The notes under the pieces were generated by a model that made no database searches, was not told the DNA's origin, and worked only from the letters and a program-made list of their open reading frames with translations. Shown here piece after piece: positions 23,895 through 36,167 of a stretch of DNA of 64,000 nt (position 1 is its first letter; the number at the start of each line of letters is the position of its first letter). Source of the DNA: Eledone cirrhosa (Eukaryota); assembly GCA_964016885.1 (NCBI GenBank), contig OZ024751.1, forward strand, positions 19,220,001 to 19,284,000. Direction: 5' to 3'. A program made the translations under genes and the position numbers.

Positions 23895-24996
23895 CTGAAT
23901 TAGGCACAAGGCCACCAATGTGATGGAGTGGGGAAAATCTATTTAATAGACCCCAGTGTATTACTGGTACTTTATTTTATCGACCCTGTAAGGAGGACAG
24001 GCAAAGTTAACCTCGGCTGTATTAGAACTAAGAACGTAAATGGATGTAACTCTATGCTGCAAATGAAGGTTTTTGACGCTCTACCCATATTGCCAATCCA
24101 CCGCCTTTCGTTTCAGATTTAGGCACAAGGCCAGCAATTTGGAGGAAGGGTAAAAGTCGATTGATTCGATTGCAGTACATTACTGGTACTTTATTTTATC
24201 GAACCCGTAAGGATGAAAGGCAAAGTTAACCTCGGCGGGATTTGAACTCAGAACAGAAAGGGACGTAACTATATGCCGCCCCAAAAAAATGTTTTCCGTC
24301 GCTCTACCGATTCTGCCAATCATAATAATTATTATTTCTGCTTTAGAGACAAGGCCAACAATTTTTAGGGGAAGGAAAAGTCGATTAAATCGATCCCCAG
24401 TACGTTACTGGTATTTTATTTCATCGATCCCCGTAAGAATGAAAAGCAAAGCTAACCTCGGCGGGATTTGAACACAAAATATAAAGGGTCATAACTAAAT
24501 ACCGCAAAGCATTTTGTCAGACACTCTACCGATTCTGCCAATCCACCAAATAAGTGTTTCTACTTTGGGCACAAGGCCAGCAATTACGCCAGTGTATTAC
24601 TGGTACTTTATTTTATCGACCCCGTAAGGATGAAAGGCAAAGCATAGTGTCTGACGCTCTACTGAAACTGCCAATCCACCACCATAATGGTAGTAGTAGT
24701 AGTAATAATAATTGTTTCTACTTTTGGCACAAGGCCAGCAATTACCCCAGTGCATTACTGGTACTTTATTTTATAGAACCCGTAAGGATGAAAGGCAAAG
24801 TTATGTAGTAATTAATTGTTTCTTCTTTGGGCACAAGGCCAGCAATTACCCCAGTGTATTACTGGTACTTTATTTTATCGACCCTGTAAGGATGAAAGGC
24901 AAAGCTAACCTTGGCGGGATTAGAACTCTGAACGTAAAGGGACGAAACTATATGCCACAAAGTATGTTGTTCGACACTCTACCGATTACTGCCACC
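23895..24996 (-). mobile_element. Head-to-tail cluster of ~6 SINE copies, some internally deleted
   Basis: (ggc)acaaggcca...tactggta.tttattt.atcga.cccgtaag.atgaaa.gcaaag repeated 6 times. Confidence 0.9.
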
Positions 24997-25689
24997 GAGA
25001 TTAATAATTCTGAAAATATGTGAGAAGCGGAAGAATGATACACAGCATATAATTAAATATATGTGTGTGTATGTCGTTGTTCGTATGTGTATGTGTATGT
25101 GTGTATATGTGTGTGTGTTCGTTTGTCTGTCTGTGTGTAAATGTATATATGCGATTGTGGATGTGTGTATTTATATATAAATACGTATGTGTGTGAAAGT
25201 GTGTGTGTGTGTGTATGTGTATGTGTGTACATGTATATATGTGATTGTGTATATATGTGATTCTGTATGTGTGTGTGTATTCATATGTCGATATGTGTGT
25301 GTGTGCGTGTTTGTTTGTTTGTGTGTGTGTGTAAGCTTTTCTCTGTGTATATAAGTATATATGTGATTGGTGTGTGTGGGAGTGTGTGTGTATATATATA
25401 TATATGTATGCGTGTATGTATGTGTGTATGTGGGTGTATATATATATATATATATGTGTATGTATAATATACGTGCGTGTGTGTGAAATTGAGTGCGAAT
25501 GTGTGTGTGCTGGTGTGTACTATCCACCTAATTATAGTGACACGTGACCTTCCAACATACCCCCCCCCCCTCCTCCGTCGTCTGAACCGGTCATTCATAA
25601 GACTCATAAGAACGGTGTTTGATACATAATTTATTGATGGTCAGATAGATAGATGAATGGATGGATATGAAGGGTGTGGATGAATGGTC

Positions 25690-25773
<84 letters not shown>

Positions 25774-25800
25774 GGAGGGAGGGATGGATGGATGGATGGA
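25690..25800. repeat. (GATA)n/(GGAT)n tetranucleotide repeat
   Basis: Directly visible. Confidence 0.97.
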
Positions 25801-25855
25801 CAGATATCTTTCTTTATTTGCCACAAGGGCGTACAAGAAATGGGACATTACATTA
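25801..25855 (-). mobile_element. 3' tail of the Tx1-like LINE family
   Basis: Reverse complement tgtcccatttcttgtacgcccttgtggcaaataaagaaagatat matches 3570-3617. Confidence 0.7.
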
Positions 25856-25984
25856 TGTGGCTGCTAATTCTTTCTAACGGTCTATGCATCTATCTCACTG
25901 TTGATCTGTCTGCATTCACACAGGTACCATAAACACACCATATATATGTATGTATGTATGTGTGTATGTGTGTACGTGTGTGTG

Positions 25985-26170
25985 TAAAAAGTATACGGAA
26001 GCAACAAAGCAAACAACACAGTACAAGGAAGAAATACATCAGTCAAAGATTGATATAGTAGAAAAAGAGAATTTACTTTTCGGACACTAGTCCTTTAACA
26101 GAAAATGGAATGAGGAATAAAAGATAAAATAGAAAGAACAGAAAAGGTTTTGGAGAACACGCACGTGTGT
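25985..26170 (-). mobile_element. Family D copy 2 (HHR core decayed)
   Basis: Homologous to 995-1200. Confidence 0.6.
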
Positions 26171-26200
26171 AATTTATATATATATATATAAATATATATA

Positions 26201-26292
<92 letters not shown>

Positions 26293-26333
26293 ATAGTAAT
26301 AAATGGAATGTATATCACTATAGCATCATTATT

Positions 26334-26393
26334 TATTTCGTTATATATATTTCAGGGATGCTAAATCATAGTATGCCTTCTTCAGACAAAATA
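26334..26393 (-). ncRNA. Type I hammerhead motif
   Basis: Minus strand reads TATTTTGT-CTGAAGA-AGGCATACTA-TGATT-TAGCATCCCT-GAAA-TATATATA-ACGAAATA. 8-bp stem I (one G:U); stem II has two mismatches. Confidence 0.7.
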
Positions 26394-26461
26394 CAACATT
26401 AGATGTATAGAGTGTTATGTGGCATACTCGTAAAAGACACCGCATGCGATAAATTCAAAAC

Positions 26462-26555
<94 letters not shown>

Positions 26556-26630
26556 GGTTATTGTCTTCAACCCATGAATGTTGCTGCTACCTCCGGTTTC
26601 AAACGCTGCATGGATGCTAGATTGTGCTTT

Positions 26631-26715
<85 letters not shown>

Positions 26716-26814
26716 TATATGAAGTAATTCCGTCGGAAAAGTCCAGGAAAAAAAGAGTGCTCTATGTAGGTAACAGGGCTTAATAGTTATGTAATAAACA
26801 ACATAAGGCAATTA

Positions 26815-26874
26815 TTCCATTTACCAGTGGTTTCTTAAAAGCAAAAAATGTTGCTTTCAATCATCAGAATGAAA
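26815..26874 (-). ncRNA. Type I hammerhead ribozyme (left arm of family C palindrome)
   Basis: Mirror image of 26956-27015. Confidence 0.8.
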
Positions 26875-26955
26875 AAAATCCTGGTCTATTTATTGATATT
26901 GGATTTTAAAATAAGTTTTTTTTTAAATCCAATATCAATAAATAGACCAGGATTT

Positions 26956-27015
26956 TTTCATTCTGATGATTGAAAGCAAAATTTTTTGCTTTTAAGAAAC
27001 CACTGGTAAATGGAA
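26956..27015 (+). ncRNA. Type I hammerhead ribozyme (right arm)
   Basis: TTTCATT-CTGATGA-TTGAAAGCAAAA-TT-TTTTGCTTTTAA-GAAA-CCA-C-TGG-TA-AATGGAA. Intact core and all three stems; predicted cleavage after GTA (27008). Confidence 0.85.
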
Positions 27016-27047
27016 TAATTGCCTTATGTTGTTTATTACATAACTAC

Positions 27048-27078
<31 letters not shown>

Positions 27079-27178
27079 TATCTGTGTGTATATGTGTACG
27101 TGGGTTATCCCCTTGAACCTATCTCATGTTAATAGCGTCGGTCATCTTTGTTTATAGTTGCCTAAAAGATAACTGGGC

Positions 27179-27223
<45 letters not shown>

Positions 27224-27367
27224 TTTACTCTGCATGTCACTCGTGGAATGAGAGAGAATAAGTTTCAATACCGTTCAATAAGAAAAATAGATATATTCTT
27301 AACAACTGTTCCATTCTTATATGAACAACTGCATGTTGTTTCTTCAGCAACTATAAATAATGGTTTC

Positions 27368-27577
27368 TTAAATAGGCACAAGGCCAGCAATTTTGGGGTG
27401 AGGGAAAAGTCGATGAAATTGACCCCAGTGCGTGACTGGTACTTTATTTTATCGACCCCGTAAGGATGAAAGGCAAAGTTAACCTCGGCGGGATTTGAAC
27501 TCAGATCATAAAGGGCCGTAACTCTATGCTGGAAAGCATGGCGGGCGTCCGACCCTCTACCGATACAGCCAATCCAG
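27368..27577 (-). mobile_element. tRNA-derived SINE, near full length
   Basis: Reverse complement of the 11013 family. Confidence 0.9.
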
Positions 27578-27614
27578 TCTCCCGAATGAAACAGTTCTAG
27601 CCCTGTAGAAGCCA

Positions 27615-27617
<3 letters not shown>
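27578..27617 (+). mobile_element. Family A arm fragment
   Basis: cgaatgaaacagttctagccctgtagaagccatt. Confidence 0.7.
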
Positions 27618-27675
<58 letters not shown>

Positions 27676-27677
<2 letters not shown>

Positions 27678-27872
27678 CGGAGGAAATGTGGTAAGGAACC
27701 AGGTGGACCATAACGCACCAAAGTACTCAATACTTAGAGTAGTAGAGTGGGTAATAAGAACGAGTAGGACCCCGACGGCTGAGCTCAAGCCGTTTCGACG
27801 GCTAATTCTGGACTCCAGAATTAGCCGTCGAAACGGCTTGAGCTCAGCCGTCGGGGTCCTACTCGTTCCTAT
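27676..27872 (-). mobile_element. Family B fold-back element in (TA)n
   Basis: Perfect palindrome 27758-27868 centred on 27813, plus the unique tail 27676-27757. Confidence 0.9.
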
Positions 27873-28157
27873 ATATATATATATATGGGGATATGGGGCG
27901 GGCACGCATGTGTATGTGATATGTGTGTGTAATTTAAGCGAAAGTGTAAGCCAAAACCACGAACCTGAATATTTCGCCTTTGGGCATGTCATATATGTAT
28001 ATCTGAGTGACTTCATAAACAACCATCATATAAGGTTATCCACATTCTCCATCATCCATGGATGTAAATAAAAGTTAGCAAAGAAAATTATATCATCGCC
28101 TCATATATTAGATTTTGGTATTTTAGTTTTCTTCACTCTACGTGGAAATATAAATAA

Positions 28158-28232
<75 letters not shown>

Positions 28233-28265
28233 TGTGTGTGTGGGGTGGGGGGTGTATGTGTGTGT

Positions 28266-28307
<42 letters not shown>

Positions 28308-28360
28308 GTATGTGTGTGCGTGTGTATGTGTGTGTATGTGTGTGTATGTATGTGTGTGTA

Positions 28361-28399
<39 letters not shown>

Positions 28400-28440
28400 G
28401 TGTGTATGTATGTGTGTGTGTGTGCGTGTGTGTGTCTGTG

Positions 28441-28483
<43 letters not shown>

Positions 28484-28570
28484 CTGTGTCTGTGTGTGCG
28501 TATGTGTGTGTGTGTATGTGTGTGCGTGTGTATGTATGTGTGTGTATGTGTGTGTATGTATGTGTGTGTA

Positions 28571-28601
<31 letters not shown>

Positions 28602-28675
28602 AGGTGTGTGTGTGTGTGTAGGTGTGTGTGACTGTCTGTGTGTGTCTGTGTGTGTGAGTGTGTGTGCGTGTGTAT
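28158..28675. repeat. (GT)n degenerate microsatellite
   Basis: Directly visible. Confidence 0.97.
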
Positions 28676-28835
28676 GCATGTTCTGCTTCAGTGCAGATGT
28701 GCGTATGCGTACGTATGAGCATGTAGGCGTATGTACATAACTCTCTATATGTACTATTTCAAATATGTATAAAAAATGTCTACGCATCTCCGGCAGCAGT
28801 AACATGACATCCACGTCACGTATGCATATGTGAAT

Positions 28836-28943
<108 letters not shown>

Positions 28944-28946
28944 GTA

Positions 28947-29003
<57 letters not shown>

Positions 29004-29004
29004 G

Positions 29005-29128
<124 letters not shown>

Positions 29129-29142
29129 TATATATATATACG

Positions 29143-29236
<94 letters not shown>

Positions 29237-29277
29237 CTCACCCAAATATTTATATATATATATATATATATATATAC

Positions 29278-29486
29278 GTAGGTCCCGGGTTGAGTCGGGG
29301 ATAACCACAGTAAGTAAGGTACTCAATACATGGCAGAGTAAAAATTTTTTATTCTTATTTTTTTTTAATTTTATAGAAGGAGCTTCTACAGGACTAGTAC
29401 TGTTTCATTCAGATGAAATCTTCAGGAGCTTCCTGAAGATTTCATCTGAATGAAACAGTACTAGTCCTGTAGAAGCTCCTTCTATA
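29278..29486 (-). mobile_element. Family A fold-back element in (TA)n
   Basis: Perfect palindrome 29372-29486 (56-bp arms, loop GCT) plus the terminus ggtcccgggttgagtcggggataaccacagtaagtaaggtactcaatacatggcagagta. Confidence 0.9.
29425..29479 (+). ncRNA. Type I hammerhead-like motif (family A)
   Basis: GGAGCTTC-CTGAAGA-TTTCATCTGAAT-GAAA-CAG-TACTAGTC-CTG-TA-GAAGCTCC. 8-bp stem I; T.T at the base of stem II. Confidence 0.75.
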
Positions 29487-29558
29487 TATATATATATATA
29501 TATATATACTCACCCAAATATTTATATATATATATACACTCACACAAAAATTTATATA

Positions 29559-29595
<37 letters not shown>

Positions 29596-29948
29596 TCACC
29601 GAAATATTTATATATATATACACTCACACAAAAATGTATATATATATATATATATATGTATATGTATATGTTCTTTCACACATAAGTGTTCATATCTCTG
29701 TACGTGTGTGTGTACATACACCTCTGTTCTATGTTACCGAGTGTGTGCCTGTGTATGTGTGTAGGAAAGCATTGTGTGTGTGGTGGTGGTGGTGGGGGTA
29801 GTGACCTTACTCTATTGGAAGCGCTTCATTTATTTCAGTAATACCGTTGGGACAAGACATCCACGTGCACTTGTCAGCATCTCATCTCTCGTCTCCCTAT
29901 AAATATCTTATGTTTCATCATTGTATATAAATACATACATACACATAC

Positions 29949-30014
<66 letters not shown>

Positions 30015-30016
30015 TT

Positions 30017-30068
<52 letters not shown>

Positions 30069-30084
30069 TTGTATATAGATACAT

Positions 30085-30166
<82 letters not shown>

Positions 30167-30259
30167 GATTGTGTGTGTTTTTGCAAACACTTTTATGTGA
30201 ATACACGTAAAGTATATGTCATATAAGTGTGTACATATATTTACGTACTGGTATATACA

Positions 30260-30352
<93 letters not shown>

Positions 30353-30378
30353 CATATATATATATATATATAAGTATA

Positions 30379-30413
<35 letters not shown>

Positions 30414-30665
30414 TTATATATATACATATATATATATATACACATATATATATATATATATACATCAACTTTTCTAATTTTTGTATAAATGTTACCTGAT
30501 ATATGTGCACGTGTCTGTGGCATGGGGGGAGTAGCGGTTGCATCTATAAGACTTTCTATATGGAAAGTTTTAGCGTGAATATATGTCCAACATTTGCAGG
30601 AACATATTATATATATATATATATATATATAAATATATACATGTATTTATACATGTATATTTATG

Positions 30666-30738
<73 letters not shown>

Positions 30739-30873
30739 TTGTTTGTGAGTGTGTGTGTGTACGTTCGTTTTAATTGCTCATATTTCTTTTATGAGTTTAT
30801 AAAAAAATAAAAGTCATGTTGTTGTTACCAAGATGAAGTTATTAATTTCAAATGTCCATGCCAACATTATTAA

Positions 30874-30927
<54 letters not shown>

Positions 30928-31079
30928 TTTTAATTTATTTTCAAAGGTAGCCCTATCTTATCTCTTATCTATATAATGACTTCATTTCAGAATAAAATAT
31001 GATTTATATTGGCAAACATGCTATATATCTATATATATTATTGGAATTATTGGGTTTGCTTGTGTTTGGTGCGTATGTA

Positions 31080-31572
31080 TATTGTGTTTGTCAGTGTTTC
31101 TGTGTGTTTGTGTGTCTGTGTTTCCATGTGCATGTGTGCGTATGTGCCTATATGTGTTAGTGTGCGGGTTTGTGAGTGCTATGTCTATGTGTGTTAGTGT
31201 CTTCTTACGTGCATTTGTGTGTGTGTGTCTATGGTTGTTTGTGTGTGTGTGTGTCTATGGCTGTTTGTGTGTGTGTGTGTATGGGTGTTTCTGTGTGTGT
31301 CTATGGCTGTTTGTGTGTGTGTGTGTGTCTATGGCTGTTTGTGTGTGTGTGTGTGTATGGGTGTTTCTGTGTGTGTCTATGGGTGTTTGTGTGTGGCTAT
31401 GCATGGTTGAGTGTGTGTGTGTGTATGTTTGTGTGTGTTTGTTTTTCCATGTGCGTGTGTGCATGTCTGTCTATGTGTGTTAGTGTGTGGGTTTGTGTTT
31501 TTATGTGTGTTAGTGTCTACTTGCATTTGTGTGTGTGTGTGCGTGTATGTGTGTTTTTGTGTGTCTATGTAT

Positions 31573-31648
<76 letters not shown>
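31080..31648. repeat. GT-rich low-complexity region
   Basis: Directly visible. Confidence 0.9.
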
Positions 31649-31649
<1 letters not shown>

Positions 31650-31831
31650 TTATGCAGGGATTTTTTTCTTTCCATTGATTTTCGTATATAAAACCGAGTG
31701 GAATGGAAGGAGGTTAGCTAAAGTTTGTTTAAAGCACTTTCTATCTGATATTTCATGTTTATTACTATTACTATTATTATTATTATGTTGCTTTTATGTA
31801 TATGTAATTTCAATATAGTTTTATATTATTA

Positions 31832-31875
<44 letters not shown>

Positions 31876-31955
31876 TTTTTCAACGATATGATGCAATTAT
31901 TTTTAAAGGCTTTCTATGAAACATAATCTTTTTTGTTTCTATTCATTAAATTGTC

Positions 31956-31986
<31 letters not shown>

Positions 31987-32297
31987 TCTCTCTCTTTCTC
32001 TTTCTCCCCCTCTCTCTCTGTCTCTTTCCATCTATTTCTCTCTATTTCTCCCTCTCTTTCTCTCTATCTATCTATCTGTCTCTAACTCTCTTTATCTTGC
32101 ACTTCCAGGTACAGTAGTTTTTGTCATTGTTGTTATTGTTGATTATGACCATGTCACCCCTGACAGAGAACACCTAGGATCAAAGACATTCCATCCGGTC
32201 TCATCAGTGCTAAAACGTATGAAGTCCTTTACATGAAATAATTTCAATCATCAAAATATGTAGTTAAGATTTTTGGATTACGTCGACGTAAAAATAC

Positions 32298-32710
32298 AAC
32301 ACTGATTTAAGCGCCCTCTCTCGACAGAAGAGAGAAGTCAGTCTCAAACGCCATCTATCGTCAGAGTGTGACATAATCGCTATATATATTGATATGGCTG
32401 AAAATGAAAGACTTCAGCGCTGTCTATCGACAGAAGAGAAAAATCAGAAACTCAAGCGCCATCTATCGACAGAGTGTGAAATTAGAGACATAAGCGCCAT
32501 CTATCGCCAAAGATGAAAATCACTGACTTAGGTGCTATCTGTTGACATATGAGAAAATCATAGATTTAAGCGGTGTCTATCAACACAGAGGGGGAAATGA
32601 GACTCTCAAGCGCCGTTTATCAAGACAGTTTAGAATCAGAGACTTGAGCGCCATTTACCAACGGAGTTGAAAAAATCAGTGACTTAAACGTCGTCTCTCA
32701 GCAGAGTTTA
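32298..32710. repeat. Diverged ~38-bp tandem array with conserved core AGCGCCATCTATCGACAG (CTCF-like)
   Basis: Cores at 32311, 32348, 32417, 32456, 32494, 32532, 32570, 32610, 32648 and 32688, plus a decayed one near 32377. Confidence 0.85.
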
Positions 32711-32846
32711 ATGTTTGTTTTCTGATCTGTACAAACATATATCGAAATAAATGGGTTGAGTTCTGTTTCAAGAACATCATTCACACAGATAAACAATATG
32801 TCAAATATATCTATCACTTCACTTCACTTAACTTTGTGTCTGTATA

Positions 32847-32932
<86 letters not shown>

Positions 32933-32965
32933 TAGAGAGACAGACAGACAGACAGACAGACAGTC

Positions 32966-32996
<31 letters not shown>

Positions 32997-33009
32997 TATA
33001 GATGCAAAC

Positions 33010-34237
33010 ATTTCAGCCTTCCGGGGACGATAAAATATTACACCAGTCAAGTACCAGAACCTATAAAATACCAGTCAAGTACCAGAACCTATAAAGTACC
33101 AGTCAAGTACCAGAACCTATAAAGTACCAGTCAAGTACCAGAACCTATAAAATACCAGTCAAGTACCAGAACCTATAAAGTACCAGTCAAGTACCAGAAC
33201 CTATAAAGTACCAGTCAAGTACCAGAACCTATAAAGTACCAGTCAAGTACCAGAACCTATAAAATACCAGTCAAGTACCAGAACCTATAAAATACCAGTC
33301 AAGTACCAGAACCTATAAAATACCAGTCAAGTACCAGAACCTATAAAGTACCAGTCAAGTACCAGAACCTATAAAATACCAGTCAAGTACCAGAACCTAT
33401 AAAATACCAGTCAAGTACCAGAACCTATAAAATACCAGTCAAGTACCAGAACCTATAAAATACCAGTCAAGTACCAGAACCTATAAAGTACCAGTCAAGT
33501 ACCAGAACCTATAAAATACCAGTCGAGTACCAGAACCTATAAAGTACCAGTCAAGTACCAGAACCTATAAAATACCAGTCAAGTACCAGAACCTATAAAA
33601 TACCAGTCAAGTACCAGAACCTATAAAATACCAGTCAAGTACCAGAACCTATAAAATACCAGTCAAGTACCAGAACCTATAAAGTACCAGTCAAGTACCA
33701 GAACCTATAAAGTACCAGTCATATACTGGAATCGACTTAAACGGATTTCACCTCCTTCCAAAATTGCTGGCCTTGTGACTAAATTAGAAATGATTATTAA
33801 AGTATAATGTAGGGCGGTGTATTGGCAAAATGGGTAGAGCGTCGAGCAACATTCTTTGCGACATGTAGTTACCATCCTTTAGGTTCTCAGTTCAAATCCC
33901 ACCGCGGAGTCGGTGACATAAAGTACCAGTAACGCGCTGGGGTCGATTAAATCGAATTTCATCTACCCAAATAGTTGGCCTTGTGCCTAAATGAGAAACC
34001 AGTAGATTGGCGATATCGGTAGAGCGTCGGACACTCTGCTTTACCGCATATAGTTACGGCCCTTTAGGTTCTGAATTCAAATCCTGACGAGGTTAACTTT
34101 AGCTTTCATCCTTACGGGGGTCGATATACTAAAGTACCAGTCACGTAGTGGGGGCTCGATTTAATCGACTTTCTCCCCCTCCGCCTTCACCTCCTCCTCA
34201 TCCCGAATTGGTGGCCTTGTGCCTAAATCAGAAATCG
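33010..34237 (+). mobile_element. Cluster of 3 SINE copies; the first is expanded by the 28-bp minisatellite
   Basis: tggccttgtg tails at ~33768, 33976 and 34212; B boxes at ~33890 and ~34074. Confidence 0.85.
33043..33720 (+). repeat. 28-bp minisatellite, ~24 copies (ataaa[a/g]taccagtcaagtaccagaacct)
   Basis: Period of 28 measured from 33061 to 33089; lies inside a SINE body. Confidence 0.97.
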
Positions 34238-34568
34238 TTATTTGAGTTTTATGTGTGGGGTGCGGTGGCGGGGTGGGGAAAAACTGAACAGCTGTGAGCT
34301 GAATAAATAAACAGATAAACAAACAAGTAAATAAATAAACAAACAAGTAAATAAATAAACAAACAAGTAAATAAATAAGAGGGAAGGAGGGAGGGAGAGT
34401 AGAAAAGAGAATGACTTGGTCTTTGTGTGTGTGAGTGTGTGCACACGTGTGTGAGTCAGTGCATGTGTGAGTGTGTGTGTGAGTGTGTGGGAGTGTGTGT
34501 GTACGTGTGTGTGAGTGTCTGTGCACGGGTATGTCTGCGTGTGTGTGTGTGTATGAGTGAGTGTGTGA

Positions 34569-34599
<31 letters not shown>

Positions 34600-35057
34600 T
34601 ACACGTGTCTGTATGAATGTGAGCACGTGTGTGTACGCGTGTGTGTGTGTGTGTGTGTGTACGCGTGTGAGTGACTGTGTGTGTGTGAGTGTACGTGTGT
34701 GAGTGTACGTGTGTGCGTGTATGCACGCGTGTGAGTGTGTGTGCACGGGTCTGTCTGCGTGTGTGTGAGTGAGTGTGTGAGTGAGTGTGTGTGTGTGTGT
34801 GTGTACACGTGTCTGTATGAATGTGAGCACGTGTGTGTACGCGTGTGTGTGTGTGTGTGTGTCTATGAGTGAGTGACTGTGTGTGTGTGTGAGTGTACGT
34901 GTGTGCGTGTGTGCACGCGTATGTGTGTTTGTGTGTGAGTGTGTGTGTGTACGCGGGTGTGTGTATGTGTTTGTGTGTGTGTGTGTCTTCGTATGTGTGT
35001 GTGTATGTGTGTATGTGTCTGTGTGTGTGTGTGTCGGTGCCTATGTATGTGTGTGTG

Positions 35058-35886
35058 TGTGTCCATGTGTGTGTGTGTGTCCATGTGTGTGTGTGTGTCC
35101 ATGTGTGTGTGTGTGTCCATGTGTGTGTGTGTGTGTCCATGTGTGTGTGTGTGTGTGTGTCCATGTGTGTGTGTGTGTGTGTGTGTGTCCATGTGTGTGT
35201 GTGTGTGTGTGTCCATGTGTGTGTGTGTGTGTGTCCATGTGTGTGTGTGTGTGTGTGTCCATGTCTGTGTGTGTGTGTCCATGTGTGTGTGTGTGTGTGT
35301 GTCCATGTGTGTGTGTGTGTGTGTCCATGTGTGTGTGTGTGTGTGTCCATGTGTGTGTGTGTGTGTCCATGTGTGTGTGTGTGTGTGTGTGTGTGTCCAT
35401 GTGTGTGTGTGTGTGTCCATGTGTGTGTGTGTGTGTGTCCATGTGTGTGTGTGTGTGTGTGTGTGTGTCCATGTGTGTGTGTGTGTGTCCATGTGTGTGT
35501 GTGTGTGTGTGTCCATGTGTGTGTGTGTGTGTCCATGTGTGTGTGTGTGTGTGTGTCCATGTGTGTGTGTGTGTGTGTGTCCATGTGTGTGTGTGTGTGT
35601 GTGTCCATGTGTGTGTGTGTGTGTCCATGTGTGTGTGTGTGTGTGTGTCCATGTGTGTGTGTGTGTGTGTCCATGTGTGTGTGTGTGTGTGTGTCCATGT
35701 GTGTGTGTGTGTGTGTGTCCATGTGTGTGTGTGTGTGTCCATGTGTGTGTGTGTGTGTGTGTCCATGTGTGTGTGTGTGTGTCCATGTGTGTGTGTCCAT
35801 GTGTGTGTGTGTGTGTCCATGTGTGTGTGTGTGTGTGTGTGTCCATGTGTGTGTGTGTGTGTGTGTGTCCATGTGTGTGTGTGTGT
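35058..35886. repeat. (GT)n punctuated by CCAT every ~14-30 bp
   Basis: Directly visible; about 38 CCAT interruptions. Confidence 0.97.
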
Positions 35887-36167
35887 TATGTAAGTGAATT
35901 ACGACACCACAGTGACTGTTGTTTCGTTATCTTCCGTCCATTATTAATACGAAAATATCCGATGTCGGATTGAACCTGCTGACCGATAAGTCGTGAGATC
36001 GATTCGCGTCACTGACTGTTGCTGACAACGCTACATAATGCTGCAGCAATGCTGCAATATTGCTGCACTACGTTGTGAGCCCGTGGGGGCCATGAGTTGA
36101 CCTTCAGCTGACTCACTGACCCGTCCTCGTCCGTTTGTTGGGAGGAATTGATGAATATATGACAGTT

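Larger units (their letters stand above)
26720..27046 (-). mobile_element. Family C fold-back element in (TA)n with a ~260-bp palindrome
   Basis: Arms 26784-26906 and 26925-27046 are near-perfect reverse complements. Confidence 0.9.

Noticed and set aside
32298-33720. CRISPR-like appearance of the 38-bp and 28-bp arrays
   Set aside because: Eukaryotic context, no cas genes, and the linkers are related to each other or absent rather than unique spacers.
34238-35973. Long His- or Cys-rich metal-binding protein ORFs
   Set aside because: Open in nearly all frames because the GT/CCAT repeat lacks stop codons.
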